Assembly: GCA_951406725.2 (NCBI GenBank) | Contig: OX597841.1 | Coordinates: forward strand, 10,664,001-10,728,000 | Direction: 5' to 3' | DNA length: 64,000 nt | From: Octopus vulgaris | Taxonomy: Eukaryota | Shown here: one piece after another, positions 1 through 13,111 of the stretch | How positions within the stretch are numbered: the first letter of the stretch is position 1 | How the letters are laid out: each line of letters begins with the position of its first letter | The notes under the pieces: generated by a model | The model's input: the letters and a program-made list of their open reading frames with translations, nothing else | What the model was told of the DNA's origin: nothing | Databases searched by the model: none | Position numbers and translations under genes: made by a program

Positions 1-919
1 TCTGTCTGTCTGTCTGTGTGTCTTCTAGGATCTCGGGCATCCTCCATCCGATTGCACTCAAATTTGATATGTAGATACTGGTGGTATCAGGGGGTGTGTA
101 TGACTTGAAAAAATAACAAAAATCGATTCCAGGGGAGAATACGATTGGCAAAGCCGTGGGAACGTGCATTTGTACGCACAAGTACATCAGATGTTGCGAT
201 CGATACTATGCGTACGCGAGAAAATTGCACGTGCAGTTTGCGCAAAAAAGCCGGCTGGCTTGAAATAATGCCACAAAATGCAGAATATTTAAGAGACCAA
301 AAAAGTAAGATGCAAAAGAGATATTTTCTCCAAACTTGGCATGAAGGAAGGAAAAACTATTTTGTTTCTGAAGAAGTCTTTTCTTTTTTTTGCCTTAATT
401 TCGTTTAACAAAACCAAAACTTTTATTGAAATAAAGGCATGCTTAATTATTTTTTAATGAAAAGAAAACACAGATTGCTTTTTATTCAAGGAAGAAAATA
501 TAATTTTCTTGTTAATAAATGATTTTCCATGTTTGTGTTCTCCCAGTCTACAGACTTATCATTTCTGGTACTTTAAACTCTTCGGTTGCATATTTGGGTG
601 AATAAAATCGTTTTTCTTTGGAATAGAAAAAAAGTCTATCTTTATTTCTTCTTTTGCTGGTGTCTCAAATTTAGGTTAAATCAGTGCTTCTCAAAGGGGT
701 GGCATATGGGACTGTCGGACAAGTTGTTTTGAGGAAATTGGGTTTAAATGTTTGACAACTCAGCACCGTCCATTGGACGGGGAGAGGGGGGAGGGCGTTT
801 TGTTCGTATATATGTGTGTGTGTGTGTTTGTATACATATATATATGTGTGTATGTATATATACATATATATATGTATATATATATATATATATATGCATA
901 CATATATATTCCTGCATAT

Positions 920-2130
920 ATCATTGAACCTATCATTGATGCTTCTAGAAGTCTCACCTATGTATGACTCTGGGTTAGTCGCGCAAGCTCCCTCCTGGCA
1001 CTTAATCTGGTATACAGTGCCCTTGGTTTTACAATTTACATGTGGATTTGTCGAACATACTGCACAATTACTTTGACAGGTGATTCTATCAAATGGATAT
1101 GATCTGCATAATGCCGATTTGATAGTCCTACCTGTCTTTTCTACAACTTTAACTTTTAGGCCCGTAGTGCGCAGGACTTTCTTGAATGCCTTACTTAGCT
1201 CGTTCTTAGGTGTGACGTCAACGAACATCACTCCGTGAAATCTCCTGTTATCGTACCAAGTAACGTTTCTCATCTTTTTGTTGGTGTCCCTCTCTAACCT
1301 ATTCCAGAACTTGTTGCGGTACAGGGGGCATATACCGTTTTCGTCGTTCCTTAGAATGCGTTCGAATCTAGCTTTCGCTCCTTTGTACACCCTGACTCTA
1401 TCGTCTTGTGTGTATCCGGAGCGTTGCATTCGGAATATGTAGTGCTGGATGTGTTGTTGTCGTTCTTGTGGTTGGCATAGTGGTGATACATTCCTCATTA
1501 CTCTAACTAAGTCTGCCACTAGGATGTTGAGTTTGGCAGTATCCGACATAGCTGAGTCACTACGGATTACTAGTGGATTAGCCATCGGTTTCTGATAGTG
1601 TGAGTGGAGTATACAGGGTTTAATGGTACCATTAGCCATAGCATCTTCCATCCATAGCTCAGTATCTAGGACGGGTAATCGTTTACTGGGGTGTTTAGAG
1701 GGGTAGTCTATGGTAAGTTTTATACTGCTGTGGATAGAGTCAGCTATGTGTTGTATAGATGTCATCACCTGTTCTTCACTTGGTAGAGGGCCCATAACTG
1801 TGTCTGTATTATATTTCACAACAAGGTTAATGTCGTCGACGTAACGAGAGTACATAGCCAAGTGGATGTTACGGTTTGCTGGCCACTGTTTAAAACGCTT
1901 GTCCCACCATACCATGAAGAGGTTAGCAACGTCACCGGCGATCCCCACTCCAATAGCACCGCCTTTCGTTTGCTTATACAGTTTGTTGTCAAATTTAAAA
2001 ATATGTGTTTTTAGCGTAAATCTCAGGCTGACACCGATAGCATGTGCGATGGTGGTTCTAATATCGTGTGCACTTGAAGGTGGGTAGTCCGGCTTTGTCC
2101 ATCCCTGCCAGCGCTCACAGTGAGTCTTCC
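920..2130 (-). mobile_element. Penelope-like retroelement fragment (RT C-terminal half, thumb, N-part of GIY-YIG endonuclease)
   Basis: ORF 671..1948 and its upstream extension read YKQTKGGAIG..GDVANLFM, YSRYVDDI, LPVLD, HYQKP, C-x2-C linker, KGTVYQIKC..YIGETSRS. It is open for about 1.1 kb and runs into (TA)n near 920, so the rest of the ORF is a microsatellite artefact. Confidence 0.9.
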
Positions 2131-2339
2131 TGTAAGCTGAGGTAATGGTAGGTGGTCTACCGCGTTTGTTACGGGTGGGACAAGCATATAGAAGGTTATT
2201 GCGCGACAGGTATTCATTGGTACAGGTTGCAATGCGTATGTGCAGTTATATACAACGGTATGAGCGGACGTTGTTTGATACGTACAGTTGCACTTAGGCG
2301 TTGTATCCATTCACGGTTAGACGATGATGAGAGGAACAA

Positions 2340-3185
2340 ACACACACCCACACATATATATATATATATGTGTGCGTCTATACAAACATATATGTGAATA
2401 TGTATACAACCTTCAGCAAAGTAACAGTCATGTACACAACTTGGACGGACACATGCCGGTACACGGACATACGTTCATATACACATACACATGTACACAC
2501 TCTCACAGACACGTCTGCCCATTCTCCTAGACACTCACATACATACGTAGCACATGAATACAAACATACATACATACCTACGTATGGGCACACACACGTA
2601 CATACGCACGTACATGTACGCACACACATACATGGGCACAGGCATACAAGCGCGTATACATACATACGCACATGCGTACGTATGTACATACACACATACA
2701 TACACACATACATACACACATACATACATACATACATACATACATACATACATACATACATACATACATACATACATACGCACATACATACATACATACG
2801 AACAATAGTAAAACATTAGTTCTGTGATATAGAGATAAAAATCTGATAATGGATTTTAGGGTATAGTTTTGGGAGTAAGCGTCATAAATTCACTTTCTAG
2901 CTTCGGCCCGGAGGAAGTTGAAATTTGATAGCTTTGTGATGAGTGGTCACTCTACATCCATCCATCGCTACAGGTTTATAGCTTTATGTTTTATAGAGTG
3001 TATGTGCGTGCATATACACACACATACATATATACATACATACACACATACATACATACATACATACATACATACATACATACATACATACATACATGCA
3101 TACACAGGCGTATGTACGTACATGCATACGTACATACATACACACATGTATACACATACACGCATACATACGTACATATATATGA
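2340..3185. repeat. Degenerate (CATA)n/(CA)n microsatellite-rich tract
   Basis: Long TACA/CACA arrays, purest at about 2690-2800 and 3040-3100. Confidence 0.9.
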
Positions 3186-3221
3186 CGAACTAACTGTTAC
3201 TTTCTCAGATGCAGCACGGAC

Positions 3222-3272
3222 TTTGTCAGTGAAGAGGTCGCGGTCTTAAAGCGACGAAAATATTTTGACAAA
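3222..3272 (+). ncRNA. Degenerate minimal type I hammerhead ribozyme motif
   Basis: tttgtca-GTGAAGA-g-gtcgc-loop-gcgac-GAAA-atat-TT-tgacaaa: 7-bp stem I, 5-bp stem II, palindromic ATAT; core C3 is replaced by G. Confidence 0.6.
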
Positions 3273-3404
3273 TTAAACTTAAATGTTGAAGTGAATCGAA
3301 CGGCTTTTGTGTGTTTCTTAAATGGCTTATAAACACCTTCCACGCTGCAATTGTTTTCCTTTCAGCACACGATCTCAGATCAAATTACTTGCTATGCGAG
3401 TACA

Positions 3405-3609
<205 letters not shown>

Positions 3610-3611
3610 GT

Positions 3612-3770
3612 CTGATGGGCTCACTTCAGTTTCCATCTGACAAGGTCCACTTACAAGGCCCGAGGTCAAAATAGAAGAGAATTGCCCTAGGTGCCATGCA
3701 GTAGGACTGAACACAGAACCCTGTGGTTGAAAAGCAAACTTCTTACCACACAGGAACACCTGTGCCTATA
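3612..3770 (-). mobile_element. tRNA-derived SINE (degenerate)
   Basis: Reverse strand reads ataggcacaggtg..tgtgtggtaagaagtttgc..gttcagtcc (A/B-box like); same family as 41797-42125. Confidence 0.6.
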
Positions 3771-3793
3771 CATTTGTGGAGCACACGAACATG

Positions 3794-3832
<39 letters not shown>

Positions 3833-5035
3833 TATAATGTGTTTATTATGGTAGTTTGACTTTAATAGTCCCTCGTAGTGTGAAGCATTTATGTATGGTA
3901 ATGCCCTGATATATAAACATATATATATGTAAATGTTTGTTGTATAGCTAGAATGATGGATGTATATATATATATATATATCCATTCGTATGCTCCCAGT
4001 CATCTTCCCAAATACATTCGTAAACTATGACAAGATATACTCTGACATGCGGGTTCCATTCCTTCTCTGCCGATTATATTCGTAGTCTCGTTATGTTGAT
4101 TTGGGGGCATCAGTCTCACAGATTTTATTTTAGAAATCCACCCCATACGTATTCAGTTAGTCTCTTGTACTGAAGCACAAACCAAATCTAGACATATATT
4201 TTGGGAAGGGACCCTTTGTGAGAAAATATGCAATGCATTCATATAACTGTTGTTTCTAGCAAACTTTGTATTTAAGTTTGTGTCTGTAACTAGTTTTTTG
4301 TTGTTGTATTAATTTCATTTTAATAATTAAATGCAAATTAATGCCTAATTAAAAAATATAATTAAAAGCATGACATATAAAATGCAACTGAATGCAAGAG
4401 CTGCTAGTAATAGCAGCCAAATTTACAGAGAAAACAGCCCCATATTGTCTCACGTAACTCCATACATAGTTATATAGCTAGAGTTGCTTGAAATAGCAGC
4501 CAAATGCCCCTCCAATCCACTGTACTTCTGAAATTAGCTACAGTTTAAAATTCTACGCCTGTTTGTCATGCAAAACAAATCCAATACAACAGGTCCATTA
4601 AACTGTGTCATTTCATATGCTAGAAACAACAGCAAGTGCTTAGCAAAAATATATACAAAGACGGACAGAGAAAAAACTGGGAGGAAAGCAAAAACCAAAA
4701 AAGATCGAAATATATAATGTATCAATGTTAAATGTACTTGCTAGAAATAGCAGCCAAAAGAAATTGAATCACAGCTGTCTATCTATCTATTTGTCTGTCT
4801 GTCTGTTTGTCTCTCTTTTTATATAAATATATATATATATATATATTATATAAAAGGGCTTAGTAAAATAAATTACTTTGCCGCATACTGAACTCATTAG
4901 AAATAGCAGCTAAAAAACTTTTTAAAACTATTTCTAATACTTAAAGAAAATCTCTCTCATATATAGTGTTTGTTTAATTCAACTCACAAAAGTTTGGGGG
5001 TAAGGACATCGAAAAATCAAATGCTAAGGTTATTC

Positions 5036-5085
5036 GAGAACGTACGTTTCAAGATTAGTCAAAACAACATTTCTATCATCGGCTC
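5036..5085 (-). ncRNA. Hammerhead-like motif, copy 1 of the tandem unit
   Basis: Minus strand: gag-CCGATGA-tagaaat..aatctt-GAAA-cgtacg-TT-ctc; palindromic CGTACG; U4 to C variant; weak stem II. Confidence 0.5.
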
Positions 5086-5580
5086 AGAAATTCCTTGGTT
5101 TGGATTTGGAAACACTGAAAATAAGAACATACCCTTTCGAAGATCTGCTCCCAACTAACAGTGCCAACAAATTCAAATAAGCAAGCGAAGAATCTCTGTT
5201 CTCCCCTTTCCACCAGCGTGGGTTAAAATCATCAAACACTATGCTTATTTCGGTAAAATCCGAAGCATTAATCAGAGGAAGATTAATTATAATTTCAACA
5301 ATTGAGGGCAAAATTAATTAATTATTAATCAATTTCACCAAGTGTTCAGTATGCAAAGGGACCATTCAAGGCGAATTCAAATTATTACATTATATAAAAG
5401 GGCTTAGTAAAATAAATTACTTTGCCGCATACTGAACTCATTAGAAATAGCAGCTAAAAAACTTTTTTAAAACTATTTCTAATACTTAAAGAAAATCTCT
5501 CTCATATATAGTGTTTGTTTAATTCAACTCACAAAAGTTTGGGGGTAAGGACATCGAAAAATCAAATGCTAAGGTTATTC

Positions 5581-5630
5581 GAGAACGTACGTTTCAAGAT
5601 TAGTCAAAACAACATTTCTATCATCGGCTC
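5581..5630 (-). ncRNA. Hammerhead-like motif, copy 2 of the tandem unit
   Basis: Identical to 5036-5085. Confidence 0.5.
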
Positions 5631-5759
5631 AGAAATTCCTTGGTTTGGATTTGGAAACACTGAAAATAAGAACATACCCTTTCGAAGATCTGCTCCCAAC
5701 TAACAGTGCCACCAGGTGGGGGTGACTTCTTTCATCGTCTCCATTCTTGCCATCTTTGC

Positions 5760-6633
5760 CCCGCTCGTTCTCAAAGATGGCATCAAGTGCGCCAATGTGC
5801 GACCGGTAACATAAGCCGAATTCCAGGTGAGGAGTGCATCTACAAATCAATTGACCAGATCTCTGACCCCCAAGACATTGTCAATTACCCTATCGAGTTT
5901 CTCACCTCATTGGAGCCATCATGGCTTCCACTCACATTCTTAGGCTAAGGGTTGGATGCCCAATTATGCTAATTAGAAACTTGCTTCCGCCTAAACAGCG
6001 CAACAGGACCTGCTTAGTAATCAAGTCCCTGACGCCCCACTTGACTGAGGCCATCATTGTTACAGGATGCGGGAGGGGTGAAAATATTTTAATTTCAAGG
6101 ATGCAGCTTTATCCCTCAGGGTCAGACATGCCATTTAACCTCCACAGATCACAGTTCCCAGTGAGATCATGCTTCACCATGTCCATCAACAACTCCCAAG
6201 GCCAAACATTATTGGTGGCAGGCATCTATTTGGGGTTTTCCATTCAATCAGGATAAAAAATTGATGAACCAATTCCTTATAGGATTTCCTACTAAAATTG
6301 GCTACACCCCATTTTCAACCATAACTTTCACATATTTTGACATATTTTCCCCAAAGTTGATGCCAGCATTACTTAGGACACATGGAATCTTTGAATGATG
6401 TAAGTTCTCAAAAAAAAAATAAACAATCGCTGAATAGAAATAATCGATAAACCAATTCCTTATGGGATTTCATAATCAAATTGCCTGCAACCCATTTTCA
6501 GCCAAAAGTATACCAATTCCAATGGATTTCACTCAAATTTGATGTTGGTGTCACTTATTTTGGTTTGAAATAAAGCGCTTGATCACTTTATAATCCTAAC
6601 TTAATTCCGGGCAACACCGGGCTATACTGCTAG
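5760..6633 (+). mobile_element. Helitron 3' fragment (Pif1-like helicase remnant and 3' terminus)
   Basis: YPIEFLTSLEPS / HILRLRVGCPIMLIRNL..QFPVRSCFTMSINNSQGQTL; 3' end ccgggcaacaccggg hairpin then CTAG|T at 6630-6634. Confidence 0.88.
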
Positions 6634-6869
6634 TAAAATATATAATAAAATAACATAAATAAGTAGGCAGAAATAATGAATGAATTAATTAATTATGAAT
6701 AAAAATAACCACATAAGCAAATTTATTTCACCTTTATATTTTTATTTATTCTTTACTCCTTATTTCTGCTTACTTATTTTCCTTATTTTATTTTATTTAT
6801 GTTTTATAAATACCAACAATGTTATCTATGTAAACATATACACATAATATAATCCATCTATGCATAGTA

Positions 6870-7152
6870 AAGGCACATGGCTTAGTGGTTAGGGCATTCA
6901 GCTCATGATCATAAGATCATAAGTTCAATTCCTGGTGACGCATTGTTTCACGCATTGTTTCACGTTGCTCCAGTTCACTCAGCTGGCAAAAATGAGTAAC
7001 ACCTGTATGTCATGCTGAATCTCCCTGAGAACTACATTAAGGGTACACATGTCTGTGGAGTGCTCAGCCACTTGCACATTAATTTCATGAGCATGCTGTC
7101 CTGTTGATCATATCAGCTAGGACCTTTGTCATCATAACCAATGGAGTGCTCC
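6870..7152 (+). mobile_element. tRNA-derived SINE, older internally deleted copy
   Basis: ggcacatggcttagtggttagg..agttcaattcc head; body matches the SINE at 34883-35267. Confidence 0.7.
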
Positions 7153-7297
7153 TCAATGTAATCCATGTATGCATATACACACACGGATGTATACTTGTGC
7201 ATGAATTACCACGTAAACTTTCCCTTTATTTCTAATTTTTATTCTTATCTTATTTATTCTATATTCATTATTTCTGCTGCCTTATTTAATTTTATTA

Positions 7298-8310
7298 CCA
7301 GCTGAAATACCTACTGTTGCCCAGGTTATTGGAAATAATGAAATTTAAAAATACCTTTTAGATCTCTAACTAAAATGAAACATGGATTATGCAGGTCTCA
7401 ACAGTAATTAGCTGAGGTACAAACTATTAATGTCAATAACATGTTTTATCCATTTCACTGTTAGAACTGTTAAAGACCAGGTAGTTCTTTGTCTTTGCAA
7501 TCACCTTCAATTATTAGTACTTATTTGAAATGCATAGAACTTGAAAGTGCATAAATTTGAGAAGAACCAGTCTGCAGGCACTCTCCTCCTGTTAATAAGT
7601 ACATTTAATAAAAATTCTATGTGATGATGTGAGTATAAACAAATGTATTGAAACAAATCCAGCAATCAGTCACAGTTTAATTATCTAGAGCTTCTAAATG
7701 ATGTTTAGAGTGTGTCCTGTAATTGGTGTATAAATGAAAAGATTTTGGGGACTTCCAACCTGCGAACATCCTACATATAATTGCCCATGCGAGAAGCAAG
7801 GTGAAGTTCAACAAGAGAGGCTGTCCTTATTTATTAACATAGTGAAACTTAGTTTCACTGGGAGCTGGAACCATTCAAAGGGGATGTCATGTGGGATTAA
7901 CAGGATCTGTGGAATGAAGACATCCTCACCCTTATAGTTCCTAGTCATAATTATTGCTTCCGGGACATGGAATCACATCACTTTCACCACCAGTCAGGTG
8001 CCATTGCACAGTCGAGGTGATTCCAGATTCCTGAGCAGCATGATTGGGGCCTCCTTTTTAAGTGTTAAGTGATGAGGTAGCATCTCAGATGGCTGTAGAG
8101 CATTCAAGAACTTAGTTTGAAAGACTGTTATTGTCCAGGCAACAGCTACAAGAGATCCCAGTCGATTTTGTTAATAGCATCATTACATGGTACTAAGATG
8201 GCTCGCTCACAGAGCCATTGACTGTTGCTAAAGTTTTGTGCAGTGTTTGGGAGCACATGCATTATGAGATCATTGACAGTTGGTACCATCTCACCACAGG
8301 CTTTCTGCCC
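7298..8310 (-). mobile_element. Second Helitron 3' fragment, converging on the first
   Basis: Minus strand encodes GAPIMLLRNLESPRLCNG and FSHGQLYVGCS (helicase motif VI); terminus cctgggcaacagtagg..cagCTGG|T at 7298. Confidence 0.8.
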
Positions 8311-8941
8311 CTCCCCACCAACTTTGGATGATGATAACTTTCAGAAAAATGGATAGTTTTTAATGAAATTTTTTAATGAATATGTGTTATATCATGTAGA
8401 TTCCCAACATACAAGGTTTGGGGGAAAAGTATTTTAGCAGGGGTTGGAGGAGGACTTTCGGAAAATTCACCGGAATCCACTTGAATTTGTCTTAACTTTC
8501 AGAAAATGGATATTTTTTAATACAAATATACCTTGAAGTATGTAGATTCCATCCATATAGGATTTGGGAGGAAAACAATTGGAGATTATTTTTGTGAACT
8601 ATTCCCCACTGGGGGATGTTTCAGAACAAGTTATCCATATTTGTTTCTGTTTCTCCGTTTTGTGCGTTTGTGCACCTGTATATAACCCTTAACCCTAGTT
8701 GTAAAATTTCAAGAAAAAAATTGAAAAGTTAAGGAGTGGATGAATTAAAAAGTCTAAAAGTAGATTTTTTGCATATTCTCTTACATACACACATACACAC
8801 ACACACACACACACTCACACACACACTCACATAAGTATATATCTTACACAAATAGAAAGCCAGAGAAGAAAATATAAAATGTAAGTGAATTTAGAATTTG
8901 TTTTTTATCTGAAATCGTCACAACTGTAATGATGTATGCAT

Positions 8942-8989
<48 letters not shown>

Positions 8990-10611
8990 AGCTGGTTACT
9001 TAGTTACTATGTTGACATTGACAATACAATTAAGTAAAAGTGTTAATAAGCTGATTTGCATCAAGAATAATCACATGGGATTTAAATGTGAAATATCAAG
9101 TCTTAATAAAGCCACTTGTTCCCAAAATGGCCAAAATATGTTTTGGAAAATTAATGTACAGTATATAGTACCTCATTTAATTAACTGAAAAAATGGTGTC
9201 TGTCTCCGTATGAAATTATTTTTCTGACATGAAAGTACCTTTAGAAATTCTTTTGTCAGAAATCATCACAACTGTAATGATGTATACATACATGTGTGTG
9301 TAGATATCTGGTTAGGACATCAAAGACTGGAAGTTCAAGCACAGGAAGTTGAGGAAACGATTTGAACAAGTGAATCTTTTCTATAGAGCAATATTATTTA
9401 TTTTAAAAAACAAAAAATAAATCAAGATTGCATTATTCTTTCCAAGGTCAAATTATTCATGTACCCCAAGTATGGTACAAATTGATTCAGAACTTTGAGC
9501 ATGCATTGAGGACACACACAGACAGGGTATTTTTTTATATTAAGATATTATATATTTTAATCATCTACTTTTACTCTTATATAATTTAATTGACTATTAT
9601 CATTATTGTTAAATTTAAATATAAATATGAATATTAAACAAGAGCACAAATCTCCACCAAGGCAACACTAACGTCCTCTCAATGATTAGCTGGAGAGGAT
9701 TTTTAAAATGAGAATATCTGAAATAAACTCAACTGCTCTCACAAACGAGAATACTAAAAATAAACCTGACTTCTCTCAAAAATTAAGTAAAAAACACGGA
9801 AAATTAATCCAGAATCCTTATCCACTACCTGATCAATCCCAGTGGTAGTCATGGAATGTGAAGGTGGGTGTGTGGGGCCATATTTGTAATGCTGCATTCG
9901 TGTCGTCTGCATTGGGAACAGGAACAGTTTTCTCTAGGAAAGCCTTTTTTAGTCTATCCATTAATATAGTGTCTTAATGACCATTAAGGTCTATAGTGAA
10001 AAATTTATCCATGTGTGAAAAAAAATGGAAAGGACCTGCATTTGGTGCTGTTAACGGAGGTTTAACAACATCGTTGCACACAAAAATGTGAGTTCAAGAA
10101 GTAAAGCTTCCTTCAAGGCGGAGCTAGAAATGCAATTGCCAAGTAGGTAAGAGGTTTTGAACAGGAGCTATATATTCAAAATTGGTAAAACTAAAAATTA
10201 TCAAGGATAAATTAAATTTATTATTGTTACTAAATATTTTAGTGTTATTTAATTTCCGAGCAGTTTTGCTGCCATTTGTTTATGTTGTTTGATTTCTTTG
10301 TCCATCAGTTTCTACTAAGATAGAGATGCGTGTAAAATTAATAACAGAGAAACAAAATAAAACTCTGGAAGCAACAACACTGTCATAACTTATGTGGAAA
10401 CCATGAGTGTGCTTTCAAGGGAGATAATCAGAGAAAGACTTAAAATTCAACATAAGATCATAATACTTAAGTAAATATAACAAATAATCTAGAATCCTTG
10501 TCCAGTACCAGATTGATCCCAAAATCTAATCAGTTTATGCCAGTCATGAGGCCAAACATCCCTGAAAGTTTCATCTGAATCCATCCAGCGGTTCTTGTGA
10601 TATCTTGTCCA

Positions 10612-12362
10612 CCAGCTTTGATTTTAGCTTCACTCATGCTAGAAACAAATTTTTCACTGAGATATTTGAATCCTTCACTGTCTACATTCATGGCCGTAAC
10701 AAAATTCTTAAACAAGCCAAATTTAATGTGTAAGGGATGAAGGAAAATTTTTCTGAAGGTCAACTAAAGGGATATATTTAATGTATCTCCCTGGAGTGAA
10801 TTCACTTCACTTTGGCCCCTCTTTTTGATTATAGTGATGCTTGTCATCTCTGCTGTTCTAAAGGCACAAAAAGCCCCTAATGCTTTACATACCCCATTTG
10901 CAACCCAAGAAGCAAACCAATAACTTTCAAGTCCCTGCATATCTTCCACTTGTGTTTAGAATATTTAATCAAGTGCAAAATTGTTTCCATTGATTCATAC
11001 ATCTCCTTTAATCCTACATGCAATGAATTAATGCAATCCTGTATGCCGTTTTGAAATACAAATATTTTATAACATGGTGTAAAAGATTCCATTGTTTCAA
11101 CCTGGAGCCCAGTAGTTCTGACTTTTCTTTTGTTAAACCCAAGTCTCGAACTAAATCATTTAACTCAAGTTGACTCAATAAATAAGGAACTTTTTTCGAA
11201 GATCCTGGTTCATCACAGTGATCTGCAGTATCACTTGACACGCCTTCAATTGAAGTAGATGCAGTATTTTCTTCATTTAAACTATTTTTCTCAAAAGATG
11301 AAGGAGGTTCTGGAATTGGAATATTTTCAGCAGCATGAGAAACTGGTATTAAAGCTGAAGAGCAATCTGGATAAACAAATCTTCGATTTGTTCTTCTTAG
11401 AGAAAACTGTGATATTAGTTAAGTAGAAATAGCAATTGGTATAGTGGTTTGTTGGTTTGCGCATACTTTTCCGTTTATCTTTCAACCATTGGGTTAGAGC
11501 TATGTTGCAGCTTTTGCAACAAAGAGGAGGTGCCCACAGTTTATCTTGGTCTCCAACTTTGGACCCAAAGTAAAGCTTGTAAGCATTTTAAAATTTCGTT
11601 GTAAGCTTATTTCTCTGATCTTTTGATGTAAATTTTCCACACACATAACAAAAGCTGTCCAGGTGATTAGCACAAACTTGTCTCCTCATCATAATATACA
11701 GAAATAACCTAAATCAACACTCAATGAAGACTATCAGTAAACTAAAATATAAAATTAATCAAATGTAAATATTACTGTAAAACATCAAAATATATTTCTC
11801 AAAAAAATCATTGAAATTATTATAGAATGTACTGAAGCTATGGCTATCATGAAACAATTTTTTCCATCTCTAAATTTCAAGCATTGATCACTTTAATAAA
11901 TAACTAAACTTTCTACTAAACAGCTTTTCATGTAACCTGGCTCTCTTATTTGATGTACTTTGTTTTAACAGCCCTAGCAATTATCAAGGAAAGGGTGTCT
12001 GAGTGGCTTGCTATAACCTAATATCAATAGCCTTCTGTGAGGAGAACTTTACTATAATTACAGCAATAACAAAGTAAAATAAATTCTCATCTTGTGTGAC
12101 AATTTAACAGGTAGCCTACATTTAACCTCTATCAGCACTTGTTTTTGTTTCCGTGATGAGTATATGAATGAAAATTGAAAGCAAATAGCCTACTACTTTG
12201 TCAATATTATCAATTGGTTGGAAAATCTGATGCTGTGAATAACTAAAAAGCTACACTTGCTGTCTAAAAACTGATGTCAGATTCAGATTCAGTACCTTAA
12301 AATTACCCTAATCATCTGAAAAAGTTTAAATAGCATGACAATTTTCTTTTTTTTGCCCAATG
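10612..12362 (-). mobile_element. Chapaev3-like (CMC superfamily) DNA transposon, degenerate and 3'-truncated
   Basis: From ATG near 11692: CANHLDSFCYVCG..YFGSKVGDQDKLWAP..CKSC zinc finger, QLELNDLVRDLGL..LLGSRLKQWNLL, DLKVIGLLLGLQ, HPLHIKFGLFKNFV; stops and frameshifts; terminus cattgggcaaaa at 12362. Family name comes from motif recall. Confidence 0.7.
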
Positions 12363-12822
12363 ATATTGTTATTAGTAATAGTGAATTTAAAAAATGAATG
12401 AATATTTTTAACAATGCGTGCACACACACTTACACATAGTAAACATAATAATCATTTTCATCTTGTGTGACAATTTAACAGGTAGCCTACATTTAACCTC
12501 TATCAGCACTTGTTTTTGTTTCCGTGATGAGTATATGAATGAAAATTGAAAGCAAATAGCCTACTACTTTGTCAATATTATCAATTGGTTGGAAAATCTG
12601 ATGCTGTGAATAACTAAAAAAGCTACACTTGCTGTCTAAAAACTGATGTCAGATTCAGATTCAGTACCTTAAAATTACCCTAAATCATCTGAAAAAGTTT
12701 AAATAGCATGACAATTTTCTTTTTTTTTGCCCAATGATATTGTTATTAGTAATAGTGAATTTAAAAAATGAATGAATATTTTTAACAATGCGTGCACACA
12801 CACTTACACATAGTAAACATAA
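12086..12822. repeat. Tandem duplication of about 372 bp containing the transposon terminus
   Basis: cttgtgtgacaatttaacagg at 12091 and 12462; copies differ only by small indels. Confidence 0.92.
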
Positions 12823-13044
12823 ATATATATTCTGTGTATAAATTGACTATTCCTTCAAATCACTATGTAGTCCTTATATTATCCTTTTATGCAATCTGAA
12901 GATTTTCACCAAAGGTATTTAAAATGAAAAATTTATTTATATTTGTATATGTCTTGTAATTTTGACTTCATGAAATGAAACAATTATAGATGATGATATT
13001 GATTAATTAATATATTCATTTATATCCAATTCATTTCCATTTTC

Positions 13045-13099
<55 letters not shown>

Positions 13100-13111
13100 G
13101 TTATTATTATT

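Larger units (their letters stand above)
4846..5710. repeat. Near-identical tandem duplication, 545-bp period (about 1.6 units), starting at a (TA)n tract
   Basis: Identical ORFs 4970..5158 and 5515..5703; unit start tatataaaagggcttag at about 4847 and 5391. Confidence 0.92.

Noticed and set aside
145-408. 87-aa ORF at the window start as a host exon
   Set aside because: Lies in a Helitron-like repeat segment; no recognisable domain or splice support
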